Source: a virus. Taken from it: a DNA stretch of 41,315 bases. Shown piece by piece: positions 23,179 to 30,726 of the stretch. The stretch is taken from the IMG/VR virus record IMGVR_UViG_3300045988_066741, one strand, 5' to 3'. Under the pieces are notes generated by a model. The model was not told the origin of the DNA. It saw only the letters and a list, made by a program, of their open reading frames with translations, and searched no databases. Each line of letters begins with the position of its first letter. Within the stretch, counting starts at the first letter, position 1. A program made the translations under genes and the position numbers.

Positions 23179-23595
23179 CTAGTCTATCTTAAGCTGGATC
23201 GCTGGGATCTCTTTATCTCTGTACTGAATCTGAGTCACCTTTTCCAGTTGTGCTCCAGCCTGTTCAAAATACCAGACACAACGTATCGAATCTGTCCAAG
23301 TGGAGGAATATGTGAAGTGCTTTATTCCATTCTCTTTCATGATTTTAACGTATGAATTTACCTTTTCTGAATTGAAGACTGAATCGAAATTCAGGAATTC
23401 GTTTCCATCCTCAGCGGCTTCTCTGTACGCCCGGTAAACTTCATAGAAGTCCAGCGTTTCCCATTCGAGCATTTTGTTCTGGTGTTCCTTCATCAGCATT
23501 CGCGCTGCGTTTCTTGTTTCCTCATCCTTTGCTTCTCTGTAGGTTCTGATGATTTCATCTTCGAGCCTGCTGTAGTATTCAAATTTGCTTTCCAT
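23179..23595 (-). CDS. Hypothetical 138-aa protein of an autonomous moron
   Basis: Has its own promoter and is bracketed by terminators. The motif IKHFTYSSTWTDSIRCVWYFEQAG resembles uncharacterised proteins I recall from Firmicute conjugative elements. No function can be assigned. Confidence 0.6.
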   Translation of the reverse strand: MESKFEYYSRLEDEIIRTYREAKDEETRNAARMLMKEHQNKMLEWETLDFYEVYRAYREAAEDGNEFLNFDSVFNSEKVNSYVKIMKENGIKHFTYSSTWTDSIRCVWYFEQAGAQLEKVTQIQYRDKEIPAIQLKID

Positions 23596-23622
23596 GTGTG
23601 TTTTTCCTTTCTTCTAGTACCC

Positions 23623-23665
23623 ACAGTATACTGTAGTACAGTATATAGTCAAGCGAATGATTCGC
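23623..23665 (-). promoter_or_regulatory. Moron promoter with palindromic operators
   Basis: On the minus strand: TTGACT (23652-23647), a 16-nt spacer, TATACT (23630-23625). The 12-bp palindrome ACAGTATACTGT (23623-23634) overlaps the -10. A second ACAGTATA is at 23638-23645. The palindrome GCGAAT-g-ATTCGC (23653-23665) abuts the -35. Confidence 0.65.
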
Positions 23666-23679
23666 ATTTTTCTGCAAAC

Positions 23680-23704
23680 AAAAAAAGCCCGGATTTCTCC
23701 GGGT
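23680..23704 (-). terminator. Intrinsic terminator
   Basis: Minus-strand RNA reads CCCGGA-gaaa-TCCGGG followed by U7 (plus-strand A7 at 23680-23686). Confidence 0.75.
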
Positions 23705-23710
23705 TTCTGC

Positions 23711-24019
23711 TTATTTGCTTCTTGATTTCTTGACCTTGGCCACGACCTTGTCTCTCGTAGAGGACTTCTTGTTCTTCTGTGCGTAGTAGTTGTCATAGGC
23801 CGCCTTGATTTTAGCAGGTGCGTCTTCAGGCATTGCTACCTTTGCTTCTGCTGCGTCCTTTGCAAATTCCAGAAGGTCTTCCCAGCCTTCCGTATCCTTT
23901 GCATCGAACCAATCGGGTATCATCCCATTGCCTTCTGTGATCCCCTTGACAGTTGCTCCAAGTTGCATAGGATCGTATAAGTCTTTATCGAATCTGTTGC
24001 GTTTATTGTGGTATGCCAT
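23711..24019 (-). CDS. Small protein coupled to the ART-like gene (candidate immunity/partner)
   Basis: 102 aa. SD AGGAGG lies in the 9-nt gap after the upstream stop. No motif recognised. Confidence 0.55.
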   Translation of the reverse strand: MAYHNKRNRFDKDLYDPMQLGATVKGITEGNGMIPDWFDAKDTEGWEDLLEFAKDAAEAKVAMPEDAPAKIKAAYDNYYAQKNKKSSTRDKVVAKVKKSRSK

Positions 24020-24028
24020 ATTGCCTCC

Positions 24029-24898
24029 TTATTTTATCTTGTGGTTATCCTTAAGTTCATCCCATGTACTGCCAGGTCTGTTTGAAGTTTTGCTCATCAT
24101 TGTCTTTGTCTGATTGTCCATAATCAGGGCGCCCCTGTTCAGTACTTCAGTATAATGATCTCCACCGTCCATCATAGCTTTTCTGATTGATTTTTGGTCT
24201 TTTCCTTTTGCTTCGGTCACTATTGAGTAGCCCTTGGACATAGCATAGATGGCTCGTGTCGTGTATTCATCATAGCCGTAGTCCCTTTGGAGATTATACA
24301 CAAGACTTCCGGGTTTCAGGCCCTCGTTAAAGACTTGATCTCGGAGATCCTGCTCATTAATAATCTTGGCATCATCTCTGATTTTAAAGCGCATAACTGC
24401 TGTGCTATTGTCTCGGTTGTAGCCGTAACTTAAGGATCCCGATAGATTTGGCGTCGAATAAAGTCCAAGTCCATGAGCCGTTCCACCATCCCCATTGTAT
24501 AGAAATGTGTCATCCTTGGCTACGTTTTCAGCTACCCCGGCTGCGCTGAATGCAGAGTTACTGTTGACTGTTCGGTAGATTACCGGGCCGTTTTCCTTGT
24601 CGAAGTCGTCGGAATCCATCAGCTGTGGCTTTCCATCAAGCCCTGAGTTATTGATGAACTTCTGATAACTTGTGCCATATGCCCGGTAGCTGTTCTTCTG
24701 AGGTGCCTTGACAGCATTGCTGATAATTGATTCCTGTGCTTTCTGGTCTAGACTCGCGAATGTCTCGGTTCCGGATAGATTCCGACCTACTGCCCCGCCT
24801 CCGCCTGTACTTGCTGCTGAGGTCGCCGCGGCGGCGACTGTGGTGGCTCCACCGCCTGCAGCTCTTCTTTTGACGCTTCTTTGTCCACCTGAGCCCAT
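24029..24898 (-). CDS. ADP-ribosyltransferase-like protein (divergent)
   Basis: 289 aa. N-terminus MGSGGQRS matches the junction-spanning ART. Also YRAYGTSYQKFINNSGL, VIYRTV, GLYSTPN and HYTEVLNRGAL. Fold assignment by motif only. Confidence 0.45.
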   Translation of the reverse strand: MGSGGQRSVKRRAAGGGATTVAAAATSAASTGGGGAVGRNLSGTETFASLDQKAQESIISNAVKAPQKNSYRAYGTSYQKFINNSGLDGKPQLMDSDDFDKENGPVIYRTVNSNSAFSAAGVAENVAKDDTFLYNGDGGTAHGLGLYSTPNLSGSLSYGYNRDNSTAVMRFKIRDDAKIINEQDLRDQVFNEGLKPGSLVYNLQRDYGYDEYTTRAIYAMSKGYSIVTEAKGKDQKSIRKAMMDGGDHYTEVLNRGALIMDNQTKTMMSKTSNRPGSTWDELKDNHKIK

Positions 24899-24921
24899 AC
24901 TAGTCTTCTCCTCTCATTAAG

Positions 24922-25218
24922 TCAAGACCTCCCGTTTGAGCCTCCGTCGGGGACTGCCACTCTGCCCTCTAGGGAGGCCAGCCGGTCTCGCAGCGCGTTC
25001 TGGTCCTTCTGTAGCGTTGCTACGCGATTGTCCAGTCTGTCACTGATCTTATCTATCTGCTTTTCCAGACGTGTGATGTTGTCGGTTAGGTCATTCAGTT
25101 TTGTCAGAATAACCCCCACCTGCTGGCCATCTTTTTTACTCGCGGTAAGTCGCCCGATTAAAAATCCGGTCAATGCAACGACCAGGCTTCCCAGTGCGAT
25201 GATCTGTCCTGTTTCCAT
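24922..25218 (-). CDS. N-terminally membrane-anchored coiled-coil protein
   Basis: 98 aa. TM segment IIALGSLVVALTGFLIG, followed by heptad-like LNDLTDNITRLEKQIDKISDRLDNRVATLQKD. Adjacent to the holin. Confidence 0.55.
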   Translation of the reverse strand: METGQIIALGSLVVALTGFLIGRLTASKKDGQQVGVILTKLNDLTDNITRLEKQIDKISDRLDNRVATLQKDQNALRDRLASLEGRVAVPDGGSNGRS

Positions 25219-25235
25219 AGACTATCTCCACACTA

Positions 25236-25460
25236 TTACACACTGTCTTTACCGCTTCCATCATCCATCTCAGGCAGTCCAGCGAGGGATGTCAGCAAGG
25301 AATACAGACCGGCAACCGCTGAAGCGCTGGCAACCATTAGCCAGTCCACGTCTTTGATCACCTGTCCTACGGTGAATAGTGATAGTGCTGTCTGTGCCAT
25401 GGTCTTGACGGCTCTTGTTCCTGCTCGTTTCCACCACTCTAGATTGAATAAATTGTTCAT
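25236..25460 (-). CDS. Holin (r1t-like family pattern)
   Basis: 74 aa from the ATG at 25460 (SD AAAAGGAGGAACCCT). Pattern WWKRAGTRAVKTMAQTALSLF...DWLMVASASAVAGLYSLLTSLAGLPE. Two hydrophobic segments. Confidence 0.65.
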   Translation of the reverse strand: MNNLFNLEWWKRAGTRAVKTMAQTALSLFTVGQVIKDVDWLMVASASAVAGLYSLLTSLAGLPEMDDGSGKDSV

Positions 25461-25475
25461 AGGGTTCCTCCTTTT

Positions 25476-25503
25476 AAAATAAAAACCCGGCATTTCTGTC
25501 GGG
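25476..25503 (-). terminator. Intrinsic terminator closing the 5-gene cassette
   Basis: Minus-strand RNA reads CCCGACA-gaaa-TGCCGGG (one mismatch) followed by UUUUUAUUUU. Confidence 0.55.
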
Positions 25504-25511
25504 TATATGCA

Positions 25512-25904
25512 TCAAATGACGCGCTTTACGCTTGCTGTGGCGCTCACCAGTGTTCCTGCTGCACTGACTGTCCAGCTGATCGGTACTGTGGCTCCCTGCG
25601 TGCCCTGGCGTGTCTGTACGGTGCCCTGCACCGGCAGGGTAACTGTTCCGCCTGCTGTTGCGGTAGCCGTGGCCGTTGCACCTGGCACATTTACTCCGCC
25701 TGCCTGCATCTGTACAGTGACGTCTCCAGCAGCAGTGGCTGTGAATACGAAGTTTGCAAGGATTTCAAATGTTCCGGCTTTTCGTATTTCCAGGTTACCG
25801 TTGTTGAGCCTTGCCTCCTGGTTCGTCTGGATGGCTGTAGATCCTAGTGGTATCTTCTGGTTTGCGCTCAGCGCTGTCTGCGTTGTACTAACAGCTACTA
25901 GCAT
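25512..25904 (-). CDS. Stand-alone C1q/TNF-like (BclA C-terminal-domain-like) protein
   Basis: 130 aa, rich in beta-strand residues and T/A/G/V. AGTFEILANFVFTATAAGDVTVQMQAGGVNVPGA ... ASVKRVI parallels the BclA-CTD layout as I recall it. Confidence 0.5.
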   Translation of the reverse strand: MLVAVSTTQTALSANQKIPLGSTAIQTNQEARLNNGNLEIRKAGTFEILANFVFTATAAGDVTVQMQAGGVNVPGATATATATAGGTVTLPVQGTVQTRQGTQGATVPISWTVSAAGTLVSATASVKRVI

Positions 25905-25914
25905 GGCCTGTCAC

Positions 25915-26496
25915 CTACTGCAGAGTAGCTCCAGGGCAGCCGTAGAAGTTGCCGTAGCCGTAGCCTCCATAGCATGGAGGATTTGTCACGTATCTTCCAA
26001 GGCTGCTCAGGATGTTCTGTGTCTGTGTCGCATTGGTAATTGCGCCCAGTGCCTGCTGATAGTCTCTGTTGAGGTTATCGTACTTATCCTGCATCATCTG
26101 TGTCTTCAGATTGCAGCAGCACTGCTCCATCTGATGGCTCAGGTTGTTGATGCTTTCCTGTACGCCGTTGAAGCCCTGCATCATTCCCATCTGTGTCTGG
26201 TTGAATCCCTGCATGTTTGTGACTGTGTTCTGTTCGATGAGTCTTGCGTTCTCATACGCTGTGTCGCACAGTCCGCTGCTCAATCCATCCAGCTTGCTGA
26301 TGATTGACTGTGTGTCAAAGCCTCGCTGCATATCAGCTGATAGGTTGCCGTTACCGTTGTTGCCCCATCCTCCAAATCCGAAGATCAGGAAGAAAAGAAT
26401 TAGAATAATGATTCCGTTTCCTTCCAGAAACCCGTCGTGGTCAGTCGTGTTCTTTGGCATGACTGCCGCAATGTCTGACAATGTCATATTGTCCAT
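25915..26496 (-). CDS. Membrane-anchored Q/N/M-rich protein with a CCC motif and a G/Y/C-rich tail
   Basis: 193 aa. TM segment GIIILILFFLIFGFGGW followed by GNNGNGN. Repeated MQGFN motif, then QCCCNL. The C-terminus is CYGGYGYGNFYGCPG. SD GAAAGGAGAG. Confidence 0.6.
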   Translation of the reverse strand: MDNMTLSDIAAVMPKNTTDHDGFLEGNGIIILILFFLIFGFGGWGNNGNGNLSADMQRGFDTQSIISKLDGLSSGLCDTAYENARLIEQNTVTNMQGFNQTQMGMMQGFNGVQESINNLSHQMEQCCCNLKTQMMQDKYDNLNRDYQQALGAITNATQTQNILSSLGRYVTNPPCYGGYGYGNFYGCPGATLQ

Positions 26497-26538
26497 GTGT
26501 GCTCTCCTTTCATCTCTATTTCCAGTCTGCAGAACTGC

Positions 26539-26724
26539 CTACTTTAGTAGGTTCTTGAATTGCTCCGCCATCGCCTTCGCTCTTTCGAGGTCCTGCTGTG
26601 TGTACTTTCCTGAGTTCATCAGCTGGTTCAGAACCGCCTGCGGGTTCTGTCCCTGCATTGATCTCTTGAAGTCCATAAACTGCTGGAGCATGTTTCTCTG
26701 ATTGTTATTTCTTAGAGGATTCAT
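26539..26724 (-). CDS. Q/N-rich helical small protein
   Basis: 61 aa. SD GGAGG. Overlaps the upstream gene by 20 nt. Confidence 0.5.
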   Translation of the reverse strand: MNPLRNNNQRNMLQQFMDFKRSMQGQNPQAVLNQLMNSGKYTQQDLERAKAMAEQFKNLLK

Positions 26725-27058
26725 CGCTGTTTCCTCCGTTCTGTTTTCTGTTCTGAATCGAGGAGATCCATTCCTGGAATTCCTTTTTTGTCAGATAGAT
26801 GTCTTCTGGCCTGTCTTCATGTACCTCCTGGAACTGGTACGCCTTGATGGTTCTGTAGCCGCTGGCATCTGCCTGCACGTGGTAAAAGATCGGATTGTTG
26901 CTGTCCATCAGGATGGCGGATTCGTTAGGTCTCAGGCTGTAGGCCTTTGCGCTCTCCATGCCATTGACGTACTGCACCTGATTGATGGACTGAGGCTGCT
27001 GGAAGGCTTGGAATCCAAATCCTCCGGCACCCTGTGGGTATCCTTGAAATGGTGTCAT
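26705..27058 (-). CDS. Protein with a Q/G-rich N-terminus and a small beta-rich domain
   Basis: 117 aa. MTPFQGYPQGAGGFGFQAFQQPQ, then VNGMESAKAYSLRPNESAILMDSNNPIFYHV...IKAYQFQEV. SD AAAGGAGAA. Confidence 0.6.
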   Translation of the reverse strand: MTPFQGYPQGAGGFGFQAFQQPQSINQVQYVNGMESAKAYSLRPNESAILMDSNNPIFYHVQADASGYRTIKAYQFQEVHEDRPEDIYLTKKEFQEWISSIQNRKQNGGNSDESSKK

Positions 27059-27080
27059 AGTGTATTTCTCCTTTACAACA

Positions 27081-27377
27081 TCATCTTATACCCTGTGGAT
27101 CCACCATTCTGTCCCTCTTTTGTGCCTCAAATGCGGAAAGTGCCAGGGACACCAAAAGTCTCCAGTAGTAGTAGTCGTTAAGATCCTTTACCGTTTCTTC
27201 GAACTCATCTTTAGACATTTTTGCATCCTGGTAGTGCCACTCGCTGTCTTGCATCTTGTTTCGCAGCTGGTACACCACAGCCTTCTGCCTTTCGCTCAGC
27301 CCCTGTTCTTCTACCAGGAAATGCACGAAGTCGGGAGGCAGTGGTGTCTGATATCGTCTGTTTACTCTGCGGTTCAT
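27081..27377 (-). CDS. Hypothetical 98-aa protein, first gene of the cassette
   Basis: ORF with SD GGGAGAAG, 23 nt after the endolysin stop. Confidence 0.55.
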   Translation of the reverse strand: MNRRVNRRYQTPLPPDFVHFLVEEQGLSERQKAVVYQLRNKMQDSEWHYQDAKMSKDEFEETVKDLNDYYYWRLLVSLALSAFEAQKRDRMVDPQGIR

Positions 27378-27400
27378 GTGTGTTTGCTTCTCCCGTCTGG

Positions 27401-28351
27401 CTACTTCACGCGGATTCTCTGTCCAGCGTAGATGCGGTTAGGATCTGCGATGCCGTTCATAGCGGCCAGCTTCTGGTACGTTGTGCCATATCTTGCTGCA
27501 ATGGCTGACAGTGTGTCTCCTCTTCTGATCGTGTAGTAGACGGCTCTTCTTGCGGCCATTTTCCTGTTGACGATTGCCTGCACCACTGCGTAGTTGTAGC
27601 CTGCAGCAGTCAAGCGCTTTTTACGATCTTCACCGTTGCCCCAGGCGCCGTTGATGACTTCCTGTGCGATGACTTCGTTTGACTTTCTTGCTGGTGCTGG
27701 AGCTGGTGCTGGCTTTGACGCAGTTCCGCTCTTGCCTGCATACTTGTTCCATGTGTTTACGTCACCATAGAACACGTTGCAGTCCAGGTTACCGTTGTAG
27801 CCATTCAGGCGGCCGGAGCTTGTCCACTGCCACATGCAGTAGAAAGGCCACCACTTTACTTTTGGTCGTGATCCTGCGCTGGCCATACTGTAGTTGTAGT
27901 CAGGGTTGTTGTCTCTGTACTTGGCTACCCATAGGCCGTAGTCTGCTGCCGCAACTGCAGACCAGTTGTGCGCGTTGACTACTGACTCGGACATGTAGAT
28001 CACTGGCTTTACTCCTGAAAGCTGATATACTCGGTCGAGCCATCTCTTCGCCCAGGCGACGTCGCTTGTGTTTCCGGATTCCCAGTCAAGAATTGGGATA
28101 CCTTTTCCAAAGTATCCACGGCAGTTGTTGTAGAAGTATTCTGCTTCTCTGACTGCGTCATTTGTCGGTCTAGCGAAATGATAGAATCCGAAAGGCTTGC
28201 CCAGCTTGATTGCCTGCTGGATGAATTTGTCGCAGTACTTGTCTACGAAGTTGAGGCCTTCCGTTGCCTTTGCAATCACGAAATCGCAGGCAACATCTGA
28301 AATGTTCAGGCCTGCCTGCCAGTTTGATACATCGATACCGTTCATTGTCAT
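27401..28351 (-). CDS. Endolysin: GH25 muramidase plus CW_7 repeat plus LysM
   Basis: N-terminus [10 protein letters not shown]...[10 protein letters not shown] (GH25). Middle [32 protein letters not shown] (Cpl-7-type repeat). C-terminus [29 protein letters not shown] (LysM). Confidence 0.9.
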   Translation of the reverse strand: MTMNGIDVSNWQAGLNISDVACDFVIAKATEGLNFVDKYCDKFIQQAIKLGKPFGFYHFARPTNDAVREAEYFYNNCRGYFGKGIPILDWESGNTSDVAWAKRWLDRVYQLSGVKPVIYMSESVVNAHNWSAVAAADYGLWVAKYRDNNPDYNYSMASAGSRPKVKWWPFYCMWQWTSSGRLNGYNGNLDCNVFYGDVNTWNKYAGKSGTASKPAPAPAPARKSNEVIAQEVINGAWGNGEDRKKRLTAAGYNYAVVQAIVNRKMAARRAVYYTIRRGDTLSAIAARYGTTYQKLAAMNGIADPNRIYAGQRIRVK

Positions 28352-28374
28352 ACCGTCTCCTCCTTTAATCTGAC

Positions 28375-28405
28375 AAAATAAAAACTTGAGATAATTTCCT
28401 CAAGT
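28375..28405 (-). terminator. Intrinsic terminator between the tail/fibre operon and the endolysin
   Basis: Minus-strand RNA reads ACTTGAG-gaaattat-CTCAAGT followed by UUUUUAUUUU. Confidence 0.7.
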
Positions 28406-28410
28406 CTTTG

Positions 28411-28521
28411 TTAGCTGTTTGTCTGCTTCAGTGCTTCTGCCACTGCATCGTGCCATCTCTTAGGCACTTCTTCCAGTGTCATGCGATTCATTGTGATTTG
28501 TCTTACGTACCATTTAACCAT
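28411..28521 (-). CDS. 36-aa conserved-type small tail-module protein (XkdX/CD1375-like position)
   Basis: Own translation: MVKWYVRQITMNRMTLEEVPKRWHDAVAEALKQTNS. The pattern (short protein, ..T.EEVP....V...L) resembles small ORFs found at the end of fibre modules in Firmicute phages. Confidence 0.45.
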   Translation of the reverse strand: MVKWYVRQITMNRMTLEEVPKRWHDAVAEALKQTNS

Positions 28522-28523
28522 GA

Positions 28524-28928
28524 CTATTCTCCTCCTCCAACAATTTCTGCAAGTGCAGCAATTGCCCCGTTGATAGCTGTGATGTCAGCGGTGTTCTGTG
28601 CAGAAGCATTCTGTAGTGTTTGAATCGCCTTTGTTGCATCTACAACGGCTTCTCTTGTTTCCTTAACTTCGAGAGTTACCGTAGTGGTGTTCTCCCTGGA
28701 ATTTACGGAGATGCTGTCTCCGAGGCTGTACCCTTTCGCGGTCAGAACTGTCTCGCCCAGTTCGTTTAGAATTTGGATGTCTGCGATCTGTTCTGTTGCC
28801 AATGCTTCTACCGCCTGCTGGTATCCCATATCTAATAGTGTTATTGAGACTTTACCTTCTTTTGTGTTGAATTCTTTAATGTCTAGCTTTGTTCCGTCTT
28901 TCAGGACTAGCTTTTTATTATATTCCAT
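28524..28928 (-). CDS. Hypothetical tail-fibre-module protein
   Basis: 134-aa ORF with an SD. Has a C-terminal coiled segment. Assigned by position only. Confidence 0.5.
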   Translation of the reverse strand: MEYNKKLVLKDGTKLDIKEFNTKEGKVSITLLDMGYQQAVEALATEQIADIQILNELGETVLTAKGYSLGDSISVNSRENTTTVTLEVKETREAVVDATKAIQTLQNASAQNTADITAINGAIAALAEIVGGGE

Positions 28929-28940
28929 TTACTTTTCTCC

Positions 28941-29420
28941 TTACGCTGTGCGTTTCCAGATGTTTACTGCCAGATATGGCTGCATGTTGTTATGACTTGC
29001 ACCTCCACCTTCTGCATTTGTGCGTAAAATATTGCTAGATGTTGAACTCGATGCACTTGTCTGGTCAATGTATAGAACCTGGTCTCCGTCCTTATTCCAT
29101 GCATCTGCTTTAAGTCCGTAGTTGCTTAATTTGTAGTTATATACTTTACCCGCAGTGTGCCCATGAGGTGGCATTTCATTTCCACTCAGATAATGCTTTT
29201 CTTCGCCACCAGTTGAGCCTAGTGTGTAATCGCCCCCAGCCTGGATGAGACACTGTCCTTCCGCAATCTTTGACCAAGTGCCTCCCCAGTGATTTGCTGG
29301 ATTAAAGCTTGAACTGATGGTGATATACACAGAACCTACTGGATGCTCGTGGCTGTTCACGAAACCTTTAATTTTTCCCCAGAAATACGTGAGTCCTGTC
29401 TGATCTAAATATTTAGCCAT
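28941..29420 (-). CDS. Tail-collar-domain fibre protein
   Basis: 159 aa. VGSVYI...WGGTW...LSGNEMPPHGH...HNNMQPYLAVNIWKRT is the phage tail collar pattern. The N-terminus KYLDQTGLTYFWGKIK is shared with the upstream fibre gene. Confidence 0.7.
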   Translation of the reverse strand: MAKYLDQTGLTYFWGKIKGFVNSHEHPVGSVYITISSSFNPANHWGGTWSKIAEGQCLIQAGGDYTLGSTGGEEKHYLSGNEMPPHGHTAGKVYNYKLSNYGLKADAWNKDGDQVLYIDQTSASSSTSSNILRTNAEGGGASHNNMQPYLAVNIWKRTA

Positions 29421-29428
29421 GGTTCCTC

Positions 29429-30178
29429 CTAGCTGGCGAGGATCGTGTCAATTTCAGAATTTGCGATGGCAGTCAGGTCTGTTTTCTTCATGTAGGCGGA
29501 CAAGTCAATATCTGTGTTACCGATCTTTTCAAATGCGGACTTGGATTCTACCCATACGTATTCGTCGTAGGCGTCTCCGGATGCGTGGCTGTGAGCCATC
29601 AGATAGATGACACCCTTTTTACCTTTTGCTGGAAGGTTTTCTACTACCTGGAGATCAAACTGTGCAACGCCTGCAATGGCTGAATTGATTGCTGATGTTA
29701 CCTGGGATGCTGTCTGGTAGCCCTTGCCTGTGATAGCAGTGTTTACCTGTGTTGCTGTCTGATAGCCCTTAGCCTCCACTTGCTTCATTGTAATGAATCC
29801 TGTGATGTCCGTAGCCTTGGCAAAGTAAGAAGCAGCGTGGCCTTCCAATGCTTTTGAGTTGTCTACTACGCCGTCGCCGTCTGTATCATAGACAGCCTTT
29901 GTCATATCGCCGTTGCCGTTTCCTTTAGTATCAATCAAGTCCTTTAATACTTTACCCTGGGCAGCAGATAATGCGTTAGCTGTAGATGTGGACGTGAGTA
30001 CGTTTTCGACTGTTGTCTTGTTTGCTTCAGATGCAATGCCAGCCAGCTTGTCCTTTTCTGCAGTCGTGTAGTCATTTGTAGATAGGTCTTTGCCTTCTAC
30101 CTTGTCTACCTTGTTGTTGAGCTTATCCTTGATCTTGCCCCAAAAATAAAGTAAACCATCATAATCTAAATACTTCAT
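29429..30178 (-). CDS. Tail fibre / receptor-binding protein
   Basis: 249 aa. MKYLDYDGLLYFWGKIK, ALSAAQGKVLKDL and YDTDGDGVVDNSKAL are motifs typical of Firmicute phage fibres. Confidence 0.65.
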   Translation of the reverse strand: MKYLDYDGLLYFWGKIKDKLNNKVDKVEGKDLSTNDYTTAEKDKLAGIASEANKTTVENVLTSTSTANALSAAQGKVLKDLIDTKGNGNGDMTKAVYDTDGDGVVDNSKALEGHAASYFAKATDITGFITMKQVEAKGYQTATQVNTAITGKGYQTASQVTSAINSAIAGVAQFDLQVVENLPAKGKKGVIYLMAHSHASGDAYDEYVWVESKSAFEKIGNTDIDLSAYMKKTDLTAIANSEIDTILAS

Positions 30179-30405
30179 ACTATTTTTTCTCCTCCTTCTA
30201 GTAAATTCAGTATTTCGGAATTCGTTATTTTCTCGATTCCAAGTGCTTCTAGAGACCTGTTACCGGTTAGCTCAACACTGTTGATCTGCGGCTTGTTTTT
30301 CAGTTTCTCATAGTCGCTTCCTGCGGTGCCCGCTCGAATAATAATCCTGTCGCGGACATCGATGTCGATGCGTTCTGCTGTTCTGTCGACTGGGATCTCT
30401 GTCAT
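30175..30405 (-). CDS. Small fibre-associated protein
   Basis: ATGA-coupled start at 30405. 76 aa. The motif SDYEKLKNKPQINSVELTGNRSLEALGI recurs in phage fibres. Confidence 0.55.
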   Translation of the reverse strand: MTEIPVDRTAERIDIDVRDRIIIRAGTAGSDYEKLKNKPQINSVELTGNRSLEALGIEKITNSEILNLLEGGEKIV

Positions 30406-30713
30406 ACCATGAATCCCTCCTTCAGAACTTCTCCGACGTCCTTTTGAATAATGTCGGAGTTCACATCGCTTCCGTCCACGAAGAGCACGCGCGCCTGAAT
30501 CAGACACGTGTCGTATATTCCTTTAGGGAGCTTGGCGGTGTCTTCTGACGTCAATGTCAGAGTAAATCCGTTGTCCTCGACGGTCATGTCTTCCATCGTC
30601 TTAGTGATGAGTTCGTCTCGATCTGACTCTGAAATGGTCAGCCAGATATCTTGTACTACCGATGGGTCCACCAGGATACGGATGTCAGGAGTTGAATATC
30701 TCTGTATAGTCAT
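30402..30713 (-). CDS. Hypothetical tail-module protein
   Basis: ATG at 30713 follows ATAGGAGGAAAAAAGCA. 103 aa. Confidence 0.55.
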   Translation of the reverse strand: MTIQRYSTPDIRILVDPSVVQDIWLTISESDRDELITKTMEDMTVEDNGFTLTLTSEDTAKLPKGIYDTCLIQARVLFVDGSDVNSDIIQKDVGEVLKEGFMV

Positions 30714-30726
30714 TGCTTTTTTCCTC

